A stretch of 64,000 bases of DNA, from assembly GCA_963697165.1 (NCBI GenBank), contig CAVOMX010000009.1, positions 55,554 to 119,553 on the forward strand, given 5' to 3'. Shown here piece by piece: positions 51,684-64,000 of this stretch. The first letter of the stretch is position 1. Each line of letters starts with the position of its first letter. Below the pieces are notes generated by a model, which searched no databases, was not told where the DNA came from, and saw only the letters and a program-made list of their open reading frames with translations. This stretch comes from Candidatus Bathyarchaeota archaeon (GTDB taxonomy: Archaea > Thermoproteota > Bathyarchaeia > Bathyarchaeales > Bathyarchaeaceae). Made by a program: the position numbers and the translations under genes.

Positions 51684-52540
51684 TCACCCCCGGGGGCCGG
51701 GCACCGACAGCACGCGATGGGTTACCGCGCACCACGCCGACGGCGCTTGCCCGGAGACACGCCGGTGTCCACCTGCGCCAGGCGCAGCGCGCGCCGGCGG
51801 CGCACGCGGGGGAGCACCGTGTGGCCCGAGACGTGCGTGCGCTCGTACTCGTCGGGGGCCTCCGTCGGCCGCTGGCGCCCCCACAGGGCCTGGGCGTTGG
51901 CCTTCGTGCGCCGGCGGAACATCTCGTCCGAGTCGAAATCCGCGAGCCCCTCGGCGGTCGTCAGCGCGTGCGTCACCACCACCGTCTCCGAGCGGAACAC
52001 CATCGGCAGCGCGCAAAGGAACCGCAAATCGTCGAGGTCCGCCACAGTCGCGGGCTCGGCCGGAGACGAGGTGCATAGTTCAGCATCGGCGCCTCGCCCT
52101 GGGCGAGCCACATCAGCGCGCGAAACCAGCAGAACGACTCGCGCGGCAGCCAACTTCACGACGCGTCTCGCTGTCGCTCCCACGCCTCGCCGTACGGCAC
52201 GACGGCGGGATGCAGCGCGCAGTCCGCCGCCGACAGCAGTTTTTGCGGCGCGAACGCCTCAATCGTCGCGAGCATCATCTCCTCGTGGTTTCCACGAGGA
52301 TCGCGGCGTGGGTGCCGGCGGCGACCCCCTCCCGCAGGTGGCGCACGACGCCGGCCGAATCGGGGCCGCGATCGACGATGTCCCCGACGAACACCACCAG
52401 CGGCTCGAGGCCCTCTCGGGCCGCGTCGCGCGCGATCCGGTCCTCGAGGCGCTTGAAGGTGCCGAGGCAGCCGTGTACGTCGCCGACGATGGCGTGGAGC
52501 CTGGCGCCGGCGGACTCGTCCGGTCGTTTCTCACTCCAGG
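51684..52540 (-). CDS. metallophosphoesterase (PrpA/ApaH-like Ser/Thr protein phosphatase), frameshifted
   Basis: Motifs GDVHGC, GDIVDRGPDS, a GNHE-like segment, VSGHT, VDTG. Confidence 0.85.
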
Positions 52541-54118
52541 AAGGCCTCGGCCAGCGACTGGGCCGCCCGCCACCCCCGTCGGCCTCCACCGGCAACTCGT
52601 ACACGTTGAGCACGGCGCCGCTGCGCAAGCGCACACCACCGACGCGTCCGGGTCGGGTTCCGCGAACACGTACCTCGGCGCCTTCAGGGTCCAGGTCGCG
52701 CCGGCGCGGGGGCGCTTCCCGAGGAAGGCCGCGTAGATCAGCCAGCCGATGCGCAGGCTGCATCACCAGCTCGCGCAGCGCTTGCCCGCGGCACGCCCTT
52801 CCTGATCGCCGCGACCGGCGCATCCGCCGGGCCGCGCGTGATGTCGTCGCCGTGGACGGGGATCCATCGGGCTTCCTCGCCGGGGCGCTGCACCAGCGGG
52901 TCGCGCGGCCGCGCGTGGCGGAGGAGGCACGCGGGGGGGGCGTCCCTGGAGTCGCCCGGCAACGGACCCACCTCGACCTCCCCGCGGACGCTCCAGACCG
53001 AACCGGGGGGAGTTGTCGAACACCCACGGGGCGAGGCGCGTGTAGCCGAGGAGGCCACCGGTCGTGGGGCAGGGGGCCGCCCCGTCAATCGTGGCCTTCG
53101 TCCCGCATCAGGCCCACCAGTGACCCCCACCGCCGCGAGCGACAACGCCGCCGTCCCGAGGAAGCCGACGAGCGAGATGAAGAGCACCATGCGACCGAGC
53201 AGCCTGGTGCCGGAAGGCCCCGTGTGCCCGGTGGCCCCCGAGGGAATCGCGGCGGGCCACGGGGAGCTGGTGATGGGCCCCGCAGAGATGGGGATCTGTG
53301 GATCGGTGCGGAACTCGGGCTTCGTCCGCGAGCAGCTCCAACACCTCGCGCCAGTCCTGCGGGCGGTCGTCGGGATCCACCGCCAGGCAGCACTGAATCG
53401 TGGTGGCGAGGCGCTCGGGACCGAGTCGGGGAGGGGCGCGTCCCTGCCAGTGGCGTAGTGAACACCAGGCGCTCGATAGTTCCTCGGGAACGCCCGCTCG
53501 TGCGTCACGAGCCGGTACAGGATGCAGCCGAGGGAGTGGATGTCCACGCGCCGATCCACCGTGGCGGCGTTCCGGATCTACTGAGCGCATGTCGTCGATG
53601 TCATCAGGGCAAGCCCTGGGTGTGCCCAGCGCTGCGCTGGGAAGCTGACCGGCCGATGACTACCTGGGAAATGCCGGCCCCTGTGCGCCAAGCAGCACGT
53701 TGGCGGGCTTGAGAATCGCGGTCGATCACGCCAGCATCGTGCGCAGCGCCCACACGGCGGCGAATACCGCAGGACCAGGCGCTCCGCCGCATCGAGATAG
53801 ACCGAACGCCTCAGCCAGCGGGAGAGATCGGGGCCGTCAGCATATCCATCACCAGCGCCGGCATGCCCCGGACCTCGAACGCGTCGCTGACTGCGACCAC
53901 GTTCGGGTGCCGGATCTTCGCCTGGACGCGCCCCTCGTCGATCAGGCGCTGCGCAAGCGCCGGGCCGGTGAACTTCAGGACCTTCAGCGCGTGCTCGGTC
54001 TGGAGCGCGGTGTGGCGGACGGGTAGACATCCGCGATCCCGCCCGGCTCCGATCACCGGGCGGATCACGGTGTACCGCTACGATCGCTTCTCCCGCGGTC
54101 AGCACGACTGGATGCCAT
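52531..54118 (-). CDS. Hanks-type Ser/Thr protein kinase with TM segment, frameshifted
   Basis: Motifs HALKVL, EGRVQAKIRHPNVV, an RD..KPANVLL-like loop, DIHSLGCILY, and TM segment MVLFISLVGFLGTAALSLAAV. Confidence 0.85.
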
Positions 54119-54280
54119 GTTCCCCACCGCGTTCTATGAAGGACCGCGCACCGATTGCGCCCGAATCGTTGTTCGGAATGCCACACGGCGCGGCCCGGGC
54201 GGAGTCCCCCGAGGGTTCCGGGAAGCACGGCACGCGTGTTGCAATTAACTTCTGGCCGTCCACCCCCGCACGGAGTTCCG

Positions 54281-55043
54281 GTGCGTACCGCAGCCGACGT
54301 GATAACGCCGATCCGCTGTTCGCCGAGCGGGCGACGGCTTCGCCGCCTGCGCCGAGCGGATGCGTCGTCTCCACGTCCGCCACCTGCTGGTCGCGGTGCC
54401 GGGCGGCGTGGGCGACCGTCCCAGGAAGCCGCCATCCGAGGCCACGCCGCCGGCGGAGACCTCGCGGCCGCGGTCGTCCCGATCCCGACGGCTCCGCCGG
54501 ATCTGCCTCTGGAGAGCCTGCTGTTGCAGCTCCTGAGCGCCAGCGGGGACCTCGTGGCGGTCGTCGGGGAGGACGGATCTCCGATCGGCGTGTTCACCGA
54601 GTACGACGCGATGCGCCTCGCTGCGGGGTACTTCGACAACGTCCCCGCTCGCCGATCGCCACGAGCGGGATGGGTCGCCGAGCCCGAGTCGACGCTGCAG
54701 CGGGCGCGGTTCGCGCTGAAGCACCACGGGATCGCCACCTCCCCGTCGTGTACGAGGGTCGGTTCGTCGGGATCGCGGACCACCGGGATCTCGAGGAGGT
54801 CGACGCGGCGTCCGATCGGTTCCTCGCCGAGATCGCCAGCCCCCCGACCGCGACCGTGGTCGGCGACACGTCGGTGCGGGAGGCCGCGGAGCGCCCTGGC
54901 GATTCAGAAGGTGGGGTGCCTGCCCGTCATCGGCCCGGACAACGATCTGCGGGCGATGCTGCACCGCCACCGACGTGTTGCGCGCGCTGATCGGCGAGGT
55001 CCGCCGGCGAGCGCCGGCATCGCTCACCGGGCGCGGCGCTTGA
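54281..55043 (+). CDS. CBS-domain protein, frameshifted
   Basis: VVGEDGSPIGVFTEYD, RHLPVVYEGRFVGI, KVGCLPVI. Confidence 0.75.
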
Positions 55044-55844
55044 GCACAGCCAGGCGCTCGGTGCCGAGCGCGCTGACGAACAGACGCTCCTTGCGGTTCG
55101 CGCAGGCTGCTGGCTCCAGTCCACGAGCCCGCCATCCGAGAGGTTCACCCACGCCTCGTAATCTGAACGTCCAGAACGAACCGCCGGCAGCGGTAGTACC
55201 GCCCGGCGCGGCACGACCGTCCCGGCGCCCCGCAGCACCGGCATCGCCAGCAGCGGCTCGATCCAGCTCCGGTGGGCCGGATCGACGTGCAGGGTCAGGC
55301 GGTGAGCGTCGAGCGGCAGCCCGGCGCCTCGCAGTCCGTCGACGACGGCGAGGTGTGTCCCAGGTGCTCGCGCAGCACGTCGCCCTCGAGGCGGCGCCCG
55401 CCCGGATCGCGCCCGCCGTCACCCACGCGAACATCCGGAAGTGCTGCCAGCTCGCGGCCCCTCGAACCGCTGCCAGCCGCGGCGTGCGGTGGCTGGTGCA
55501 CAGCCGCACCACGTCCGCTCCCGTGCGCCGGCGGTCGGCGGCGATCGGCGCGAGCGCCGGTTCGTCGGATCGGAGACCACCTCCAGGGAGCGGATCGCGC
55601 TGCACACCTTGTCCTGGCTCGCCAGCGCCACGGCGCTCGCCGTGCCCGGCGGCGCTACCGGGCTAGTCCCACCGCATCGAAGCTGTCGGGTATCTGCTCG
55701 AAGATCCGGGCGTCCACCACGCCAGCGCGCGCTGATCGACCACCGCGGGGCGCACGAATGGATCGCGGCGGTGCTGGGCGAGCAGATCGGTGGGCCGTCG
55801 GGCGGCGGCCTGAGGCCGGACACCTCCAGCGACGGGTGGCCCGG

Positions 55845-56578
55845 TCACTGCCGGACAGCGAGGACAGCCGATCCGCGAGATCGGGCACCCCGGCCGTGCG
55901 CTGCGCGCGCTCGACCGCGGCGGTCCGGTCGGACACCGGCACCTCGAAGGAGCAACCGCGGTCCACGCACACCAGGGCACGATCCTCCGAGAGCGCCCGG
56001 AACGACGGGGGGCGCGGCGCCGCAGTGCGGGCAGGCGTGCGCGCCGGGGTTCGGCTGGTGCCTCGGCGTGGGAGGCGTCCACGGCGGCACGGCACCGGCA
56101 GCCGACAGGGTCCGGTGTCCGGCACGGAAACCGGCTTCGGCAGTTCCTCTCCATCGGGCACGTCGCGGATCCGGATGTCGAGACCGTCGGGACGCGGGAG
56201 CCAGCCACACCGCGCACCGGCTGCGGCGGTACACCCCGTTCCCGGCGCCCCCGGGTACGACGCCGACGAGGGGCTCCACGACCTCGGGCGCACCCATCGC
56301 GCTCTCAGGTCGCCGACTCACCGCGGGTGTCGCCCGCACGACGTAGCGGTGCGGCTCGCGCCGCGGCCGGTGGAGGAACTGGACCTCGAACCGCCCCGGC
56401 GCCACCCACACGTCGCAGGGGGCGCGCGTCAGGAGGTGGACCACCTGGCCGCACCCACGTCCAGGGGCGGCCGGGCGATCCCGGCCAGCACGTCGAGGAT
56501 TGTCGCGCCGTGCTCGTCTACCCCCCGCACCTCCGGGGCCAGCGGAGATCCGTACCGGATCCACGGCCCGAGGCCATG
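55845..56578 (-). CDS. hypothetical protein (frameshifted)
   Basis: GC3-biased fragments such as TRAPCDVWVAPGRFEVQFLH and EDRALVCVDRGCSFEVPV. Confidence 0.4.
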
Positions 56579-56649
56579 TTCTCTAAAATTGCAGATTTGC
56601 CATCAAGTCGGATCGAGACCTTCCGGTGCTCGCAACGTATGGAGGTCCG

Positions 56650-58307
56650 TTGTCAAGGACGTTGTTGATGTCGAACCTGACTCGAGCGGCACGCCGTGCG
56701 TCGGGTCAGCCCCGCGGTGGGATCGCTCGCCGGGATCTCATCCGAATGGGCCTGTGTGCGGGGATCGCGCCGGGTGGCCGCGGGCTGTCGGCTCGAGGTC
56801 TTCGGAGGCCGCACGATCGTTCTTCGCGCCGGGATCGCGGCCTGCACTGCGCGTGGCGGCTCGTGCAGGGCGACGTGGGAACTCACCGTCGTCTACGAGG
56901 CCCAGGACCGGGTGGGCGGGCGGATGTTCACGGGCCGCAACCTGCTCGCGGGGGTCGCCAGATGAGTTTGGGGGCGAGTTTTCATCGACTTGGGCCACCT
57001 CACCCTGCACGAGCTGGCCGACGAGTTCTCGATCCCCCTCGACGATCGCTTCGCCGCCGAGCGGCCAGGGCATGGTGCGGGACACCTGGTCGGTCGACGG
57101 CGCCGCGGTGTCCGAGGACAACATCGTCGCACAGTTTGCCGACGTGGCTCCCCTTCATCGCGGCCGACTTCGACGCCGCCAGTCGAGCGACGCCGACTAC
57201 GCGCTCCTCGACCAGAGCACCCTCGCCGACTACCTGGAGCGCGTGCCCCCACGAGCGCGTACCCCCGAGCTCCACGCGGTGCTGACGAGCGCCTACCGGG
57301 GGGGTACGGGCTCGAGACCAGCGCCCAGTCGGCGCTGAACCTCGTGTACCTCATCGACGCCTTCGCCCAATCCGTTCCGAAACTGGAGCACGACGGCAGC
57401 CACGCCCACGGCGGCAACGGCACCGCCACCGCCCTGTACGGCGCCGTCGGCGCACCGGGCCGCGTCGTGTTCGACACCGGACTGGTGGCGATCCGGGGAT
57501 CACCTCGTCGGTGGGTACGAGGTGGAGATGAAGGGGCCGGGGGAGCGGTTCATCGACTACGCCGATCACGTGGTCCTCGCCATCCCGTTCACGAAGCTCC
57601 GTCAGGTCACCGTCGACGTCTTCGACTGCGATCCCGACAAGCAAGCGATCATCGACACGCTCGGCTATGGGACGAACGCCAAGGTGATCGGCGGCTTCGC
57701 CCGCCGCCCGTGGTGGGACGACCACAACGCCACGGGCTCGTCCACGACGGATTTGCCCCTCCGGCAGACCTGGGACGCCTCCGTCGGCGAGGGGGCCTCC
57801 GGGGCGTGCTCACCAACTTCCTCGGCGGCGAGCAGGGCGTCGCCTCGGCGCGCGGGCAGCACGCTCGAGTGGTTCCCGCTCGCTGCTCCCCGATTTGGAG
57901 CGATCTCGCCCGGGACCGACGCCGCGTTCGACGGGACCGCCGTCCGGAGTGCACTGGGCCGTCGTTCGAGTGGAGCCTCGGCAGCTACGCCTGCTACACC
58001 CCCGGAACAGTGGTCGTTCTACGGCCAGGAGGGCCGACGGGTCGGCAACCTCCACTTCTGCGGCGAGCACACCTCCCTCGACTTCCAGGGCTGGATGGAG
58101 GGCGCCGCCGGAGAGCGGCGCGCTGGTGGCCGCGGAGGTGATCGACCACCACGGCACCGACTGTCGCGTCGCCACGAGGGGATGTTCGCCGCCAAGCTCC
58201 TCGCCCCCCAGGCCTGCTACCACGGCGACAAGCTGGACCCGGATATGCGCCCTCCTCGCCGCAGGGCGCTGTCCGCGCGGCTGCGCGAGCTCTCGCCCCG
58301 GGGATGA
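56650..58307 (+). CDS. flavin monoamine oxidase / amino oxidase family FAD oxidoreductase, possible Tat signal; frameshifted
   Basis: Motifs RRDLI, AGIA.LHCAWRL, VYEAQDRVGGRMFT, VLAIPF, LHFCGEHTSLDFQGWMEGA. Confidence 0.88.
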
Positions 58308-58383
58308 TCGGGCCGACGGCGGCCGCCCCCGGCGCTCGGAGTGCTCGGTGGTCGCGGGACCTCGCCCCGGGTACTCCGCAGAC

Positions 58384-58837
58384 ATGGACCTCCCCGATCC
58401 CACCGCCGACGGCGCCGAGACCCTCGCGCCCCGCAGCCTGAAGAGACGCGCGTCACGCCGCGGGGCGCATCGTTCGAGCTGACGGGGCCCCCGCGGTTCG
58501 CGGGTCTGCAGCCCGGCAGCGCACGACCGTCTCCGTCCACGCGCGCGGGATCACCCTCGAAGACAGCGACGGCTCCACCGAGGTGGCCTTCGAGGAGCTC
58601 GACCGCTGCGAGCTCGCGTCCCTGCCCGGCGAGGGCTGGTTCCTCGTGCTGCGCTGCGGCGGGCGGGCCATGGCCAGCGCTCCTGTGCGGGACCGACCCG
58701 ATACGGCCTGGCTCGCCCGCTACCTCGACGCCCAGATTGGCCGCCACCGCGCCACCACCGACGATCCCCACGCCGCGCGGGCGGAGCTCGATCGCCTGGA
58801 GGGGCTGCTCGGGAGCACGAAGCCCCGCGAGCCCTGA
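58384..58837 (+). CDS. hypothetical protein (frameshifted)
   Basis: GC3-biased fragments MDLPDPTADG... and VAFEELDRCEL...WLARYLDAQI. Confidence 0.45.
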
Positions 58838-58939
58838 CGTTGGATCGTCCCGCGGATTTGGGTTGACCGGCTTGCTCATCGGGCTCCCGAGGGCCGTCCT
58901 CGACCCTCGCCCTGATCCGGATACATCCGGGCCCACCCA

Positions 58940-59566
58940 CTACGGGCGATTCAGCAGCCCCCGCAGGTGCTGATCGATGACCGCGGCGGCCACCGCGTCG
59001 AGATCGAGCTCGGCATCGTCGCGCACAACGTAGCGCAGACCATCTCCCGCAGGGCGCCGACCACGGCCACCGCGCAGACATCGGCGTCGAGCTGCCGGAC
59101 GGTCCCCAACGACGCGCCGAGCCGCAGGGAGTTGGCGACGAACCCGTACAGCTGGTCGTCGAACGCGGCGAGCCGCTCGTCGACGGCGGCGTCCAGCCCC
59201 ACCGCCTCGCGGAAGATGATGCGGGTGAGGGGCCGGTTGTTGACGGTGCTCAGCAGTCGCACGACGGTCCGGTGCAGCTGCTCTCGCATCGGCGCCGCCT
59301 GGGGCGAATGTCCATCCCGACGACGTTCGAACGCAGCGTGCGCAGGAGGTCGTCCAGCAGCTCGGGGAAGATGGCCTCCTTGCTGTCGAAGTACAGGTAG
59401 AACGTGCCGCGCGCGACGCCGGCGGCCTTGACGAGTCGCGTGACACTGGTCCGGTGGTAGCCGCGCTCCGGCGAACACCGTCAACGCGCGTCGTCGATTC
59501 GGGCCCCGGCGCGCCTCGCGGTTCAGCTGGCCCCGGCGCGACGCGCCATCGTGTAGGGTCGCTCAT
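58940..59566 (-). CDS. TetR/AcrR family transcriptional regulator, frameshifted
   Basis: GYH.TSV...KAAGVARGTFYLYFDSKEAIF HTH, read across indels. Confidence 0.85.
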   Translation of the reverse strand: MSDPTRWRVAPGPAEPRGAPGPESTTRVDGVRRSAATTGPVSRDSSRPPASRAARSTCTSTARRPSSPSCWTTSCARCVRTSSGWTFAPGGADARAAAPDRRATAEHRQQPAPHPHHLPRGGGAGRRRRRAARRVRRPAVRVRRQLPAARRVVGDRPAARRRCLRGGRGRRPAGDGLRYVVRDDAELDLDAVAAAVIDQHLRGLLNRP

Positions 59567-60355
59567 CGGGGGCTCGCGCAGGCGTCGATGCGGCCGGCGA
59601 TCACCGCGCGCACCTGGTCGGCGAGCGCTGGCGATCTGCTCGTCGGTCGCCCCGCCGTCGGGGTCGACGGGTCGTACGTACACGATCACCTCGCGCCCGG
59701 GCGGATCAACCACGTTCCCTGCGCGGTTGATCTCGGTACATCCCGGTCACCGAGACGGGCACGATCGGGAGTCGACGAGATCCCGCGCGATCCGGAAGAC
59801 CCGGTCCGGAACGGGCCCACGCGCCGGTCGGTCGTCCGGTGCCCCTCCGGGAAGGCCAGGATCGAGTGGCCGCGCGCGATCTCCCGCTGGAAGCGCTCCT
59901 GCAGCTCGTCGGCGCGTCTGGCCGTCGCGCCCCGGCGCACGGGGATGGTGCCCCGCGGGCCTTCATGAACCAGCCGTAGACCGGGATCTTGAAGTGCGCT
60001 CGCAGCTCCAGGCCCTGCTTGAAGTGCGGCGTGGCCGTGTAGAGCGTGACGTGGTCGAAGCAGGTTGACGTGGTTCGCGCGAAGAGGTACGGCCGGTTCG
60101 GATCGACGCCGGGTGCGACGACCGCCCTCCACGCGCGCGCCGGTGATCGCGCACCTGCCCGCGGTAGACAGCCGCGCAGGAACTCGGTGCGATGGCGACG
60201 CAGCACGGTCCGATGAGACATCGCGACCAGCCCGCGAGCATCGGCGGCCGCCAGCGAGCCGGCTGCCCCAGAGTGGCAGCGCGAAGCGCTGGCCGCGCTC
60301 ATCCCGATCGCGCGCCGGACTCGACGGGGACGCTAGCGCTCTGATCGTCGCTCAT
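59563..60355 (-). CDS. lysophospholipid acyltransferase (PlsC-like), frameshifted
   Basis: Motifs ANHVNL.DH, ILAFPEGHRT, GPFRTG, LPIVPVSV. Confidence 0.85.
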
Positions 60356-61259
60356 GCCGCGACGTCCAGCGCGCCGGGCAGCGATCTCGACCGAGCGCGG
60401 AGCGACAGGGTCCGGACCTCGCCGTCGATCATCACCGTCGACCGGCCCGAGCTCGAGCGACGCCACGGCGCGGGCGCGGCCGATGTCGCACCTCGGGCAG
60501 CGTCGAGGTGCGTGCCCGCGAAGATCTTCGGGAACGCACGACAGGAAGCGTGCGCCGGCCCATCGGCCCGATCCGGATCACGCTCGAGCGTCGCCGTCGG
60601 CGCGGATCGGCGTGCGGCGCGATGCACATCCGCCGCCGGTGAAGCGGCTGTTGGAGAACGACAGCAGAGTCAGCGCTCCTCGTCGCGCGTGCCGCCGTCG
60701 ATCTCGAGCGGGAAGGCGCGGGCGCGGCGAGCGACCGCAGCAACCAGCACCGCCGCGAAGTAGCCCGCCGCACCGAACGGCTTGAACCGCCGGTTGGTCA
60801 CCGTCGCGACGTCGGCCGGGAATCCGAGGCACAGCAGGTTGATCGAGCGCAGCTCCCCGCCGCGGTGGAACGAGGCGCACGACGTCGACCGCGAGCCGCC
60901 GCCCCTCCCGCAGCGCCTGCAGCGCGTGGGCCTCGTCGCCCTTCCCGAAGTCGCGCAGGAACGAGTTTCCGGTCCCCAGCGGCAGGAAACCCAGGACGAC
61001 GCGCGCGTCGTCCTTCGCGGTCCCGCCGAGCGGCAGGCCGTTCACGATCTCGAGCGGCGGTGCCGTCGCCGCCCACGGAGAGGAACGCGCGCGCGCCGGC
61101 CGCCGCCGCCTCCCGCGTCAGCTCGATCGCGTGCCCGGGCCCCTCGGTGCGCAGGATCTCCTCGATCGCGACGCCCTCGGCGCGCAGGCGCGCGAGCGCC
61201 TCGTCGGCGCGCCGCCCGCAGCGGCCGCCGCCCGCGGCGGGATTGACGATGGCGATCAT
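60352..61259 (-). CDS. diacylglycerol/sphingosine kinase family lipid kinase, frameshifted
   Basis: Motifs [37 protein letters not shown]. Confidence 0.88.
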
Positions 61260-63017
61260 GCGAGGTCGACCAGGCGCGGCGGGCTCGACGGCGCGCAGGG
61301 CTGTCGGCCAGCACGGTGCGCTTCACCTTCAGCGACGCCGTCCGCGGGAACTCGTCGGGCCACTCCAGGCACGCGTGCGACGCGCTTGTACTCGGGGAGG
61401 GTGCGGTTGCGGCGCCGGAGCTCGTCGAGCCAGCGGCCGCCCGTCCTCGCCGCGGGCGGACGACGATCACGAGCCGCTCGTCCCGCCGCTCGGGCCACAC
61501 GACGTGCTCGGCGAAGACGCAGTACTCGGCGACCGGCAGGCCGTGGAAGACGACCTCGACGTCCTCGGGATACACGTTCTTGCCGCCGGCGGTCACGATC
61601 ATGTTCTTGCGGCGTCCGAAGAGCCTGCAGGTGCCCGGTCGGCTCGAGGCGTCCGAGGTCGCCGGTGTGCAGCCAGCCGTCGACGATCGTCTCCGCGGTG
61701 AGCTCCGGGTCGTCGCGGTAGCCGCGCCATGACCGTGGGGCCGCGCACGACCACCTCGCCGACGCCCTCCGCGTCCGGGTCGAGAACGCGCACCTCGGTG
61801 CCGGGCACCGGCTGGCCGACGGTGTCGGCGCGGTTGGCCTCGACGTCGGTTGAGCGTCACCGCCGTGCCGGCCTCCGTGAGCCCGTAGCCGTTGAGCACC
61901 GGGATGCCGAGCGAGCCGAAGAACTCGATCGTGTCGGGCCGCGTGAACGCGCCGCCGGTGAAGAGCGCCCGCAGCCGCCCCCCGAACGCGCGGTGCACCG
62001 GCCGCAGCAGCACGCGGCTCAGCGCGACGTTCGGGCGGGAGCGGGTCAGCGCCCGGTTGAGCGCCCACAGGGCCCGGAAGAGCGCGCGGCGGACGGGAGG
62101 CTGCCCGTCGAAGCGGGCCTGCAGGCCGGCGCGCAGGTTGTCGAGCACCATCGGCACGACCGCCATGCAGGCGATCCGGTAGCGCGGGAACGCCTCGCGC
62201 ACGAACTCGGGACGCAGCGTGCGCAGGTGCACGACGGTCGCGCCGCAGACGTACGGCCCCACGAAGCCGACCATGAAGTCGATCGCGTGGTTCGTCGGCA
62301 GCACCGAGAAGTACGGTCGCCGCCCGGCATCGGGACACTGCGCTGCAGCAGCACTCGCGACTGCGCGAGGTAGTTGCCGTGGGTCAGCACGCAGCCCTTC
62401 GGGCGTGCCGCCGGTGCCCGAGGAGTACACGATGGTCGCGAGATCGTCGGCGGGCGCGGCACGGCGTCGCCGGTGCCTTCGGGCAGGTCCTCCCACCGCT
62501 CGGCGCCGCCGAGATTCGGCGCCGTCGGGGGCCTCGAGCACCCACACGGCCCCGGCCTCGAGCGGTCCGGCCCCGAGCGGTCCGGCCTCGAGCGCGAGGC
62601 GCCGCCACGTCGGGTAGTCGGCGACGAGCACGGCGGGCCGGCAGTGCGCGATCAGGGCCCGCTGCTGGCCGGGCTCCAGGCGCGCATCCAGCGGCACCAG
62701 GACGGCCCCCCGCCGCAGCGCGGCGATCGCGGTGAGCAGCCACCGCGGCTGGTTGGTCGTCAGGATCGCGACGCGGTCATCCTCGCCGACGCCCACGTCC
62801 TGGAGGCGGCTCGCCACCCGGCGGGCGGTCGGGTCGACTGTCGAGGTAGGTCCACCGGCTCGTCTCGCGCTTTCGGTCGGCCTCGACGAGCGCAGTCAGC
62901 CCCGTGTGCTGGATCAACGCATCGTCGAGCGCCGGGCCCAGCGATGGCGCCGCGCCGACCACGGCGTCTCGTGCCCGCGAACCTCGAGGGGTCGACGACG
63001 TTCGGTAGTGTGCTCAC
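61256..63017 (-). CDS. long-chain acyl-CoA/ACP synthetase (AMP-binding), frameshifted
   Basis: Motifs [44 protein letters not shown]. Confidence 0.9.
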
Positions 63018-63266
63018 AGACGCCGCCGGATCACGGCCGCGAGGCCCGACAGCGTGCGCACGTCCTGCAGCTCGTAGTCGGGGATCTCGATCCGGAATGC
63101 GTCCTCGAGATCGGTGAGGAGGTCGAGCGCCTGGAGGCTGTCGATTCCGAGTCCTTCGAAGAGATCGGCCTCGGCGGCAGCGGCCGGCCACGCTCGCCGA
63201 AGCGAGGACGGACAGCCGGGCGAACGGTTCGATTCGGAACGCAGCGCCGTCCACGGCATCCTCCAT
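63014..63266 (-). CDS. acyl carrier protein
   Basis: Phosphopantetheine motif DLFEGLGIDSLQALDLLTDLEDAFRIEIPD. Confidence 0.88.
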
Positions 63267-64000
63267 CGGTCCCTCCGGCAGCGGCAGGTACGGCCGGACG
63301 CTCGCGTCGTTCACGAAGCGCTTCAGCGCCTCGAACACCTCGGGCCGGATCGCCAGCGCGCAGAACACCGCCTCTCGGCGTCGAGCGCCTCGCGGGGCAG
63401 CGGCTTGGCGAGTCGCTTGGCGGCCGCGACCGTCGGCCGGTCGAACTCAGCGCCTCGGCCGCGAGCCGGCGGGCCGCATCCAGCGCCCCCGTCCGGCACG
63501 CAGGCCCGGCCACCACGCCGAGCTCGAACGCTCGGGTCGCCTGGAGGCTGCGGCCGGTGAGGAACAGATCGCGGACGACCGCGTTGCCCACGTCGCGCTG
63601 CAGGCGTGGATTCCCACCGAAGCCGGGGAAGCCCCAGCCGCAGCTCGGGAAAGCAGAACCGTGCGGTGCGGTCGGCGACGATTCGATCGGCGGTGAGCGC
63701 CGAGCTCGAAGCCGCCGCCGAACACACCCCGTGCACGGCGGCGATGGTGACGATATTGGCCTGATCGAACGTGTCGAACACGGACGGATCGCTCGATGAA
63801 CCGACGCAGCCAGAGCGGACCAGGAGCGGGCCCGCCGACAGCATCGCGCGATCGAGCACCCCCCGGGTCGCGGGGCCGAAGCGCTGCCCGAGGCGGGCGG
63901 TGCCCCGGGTCAGCCGGTTGCGGTGCGCGGTGATCCCCTCGGACAGCTCCCGCAGATTGGCGCCTGCGCAGAAGCCGGGGCGACTCGACCACAAGATCAT
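63260..64000 (-). CDS. enoyl-CoA hydratase/isomerase family protein (runs off the window; frameshifted)
   Basis: Motifs GFCAGANL, IAAVHGVC, GGGFELAL, FCFPELRLGL, LFLTGR. Confidence 0.85.

Noticed and set aside
49738..64000. High-GC region as a horizontally acquired genomic island
   Set aside because: It starts mid-gene directly after an adapter-like sequence, and no integrase, att site or tRNA is present.
49738..64000. Many long overlapping Arg/Pro/Ala-rich ORFs (e.g. 51661-53712, 55272-57338)
   Set aside because: These are shadow ORFs caused by stop-codon scarcity in GC-rich DNA; the real genes are recognisable as frameshifted fragments in other frames.
1..64000. tRNA, rRNA, transposase or integrase genes
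   Set aside because: None recognised by eye; a tRNAscan-SE/Infernal/ISEScan run would be needed to exclude them formally.

Overview
The window holds DNA from two organisms joined at about 49.7 kb. Bases 1 to about 49,695 are archaeal, most likely Bathyarchaeia (inferred from the gene content and the PQQ-like beta-propeller surface proteins). A housekeeping core at about 11.7-45.1 kb contains thiolase/DUF35/3-hydroxyacyl-CoA dehydrogenase, apgM-hom-lysC, a box C/D sRNA, hxlB, an ECF transporter, the proteasome/exosome superoperon, fibrillarin-Nop5, pyrD/pyrK and a NOL1/NOP2 + NIP7 pair. Two AT-rich accessory islands flank this core and share one scaffold in inverted orientation: a beta-propeller surface protein with a conserved upstream region, a modular repeat site, variable cargo genes, a conserved ~560-bp leader in front of a secreted protein, and another repeat site. 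Bases about 49,738-64,000 are very GC-rich bacterial DNA (possibly Myxococcota) encoding GNATs, a Ser/Thr kinase with a phosphoesterase, an amine oxidase and a lipid operon. A degenerate Oxford Nanopore adapter sits at the junction, so the join is best read as a chimeric-read artefact, and the many frameshifts are probably long-read indel errors. The best candidates for new biology are (1) the duplicated leader, which contains a box C/D-like RNA flanked by its own antisense segments, and (2) a repeat family whose modules swap at a fixed CAGAAAC breakpoint and delimit the island cargo genes.
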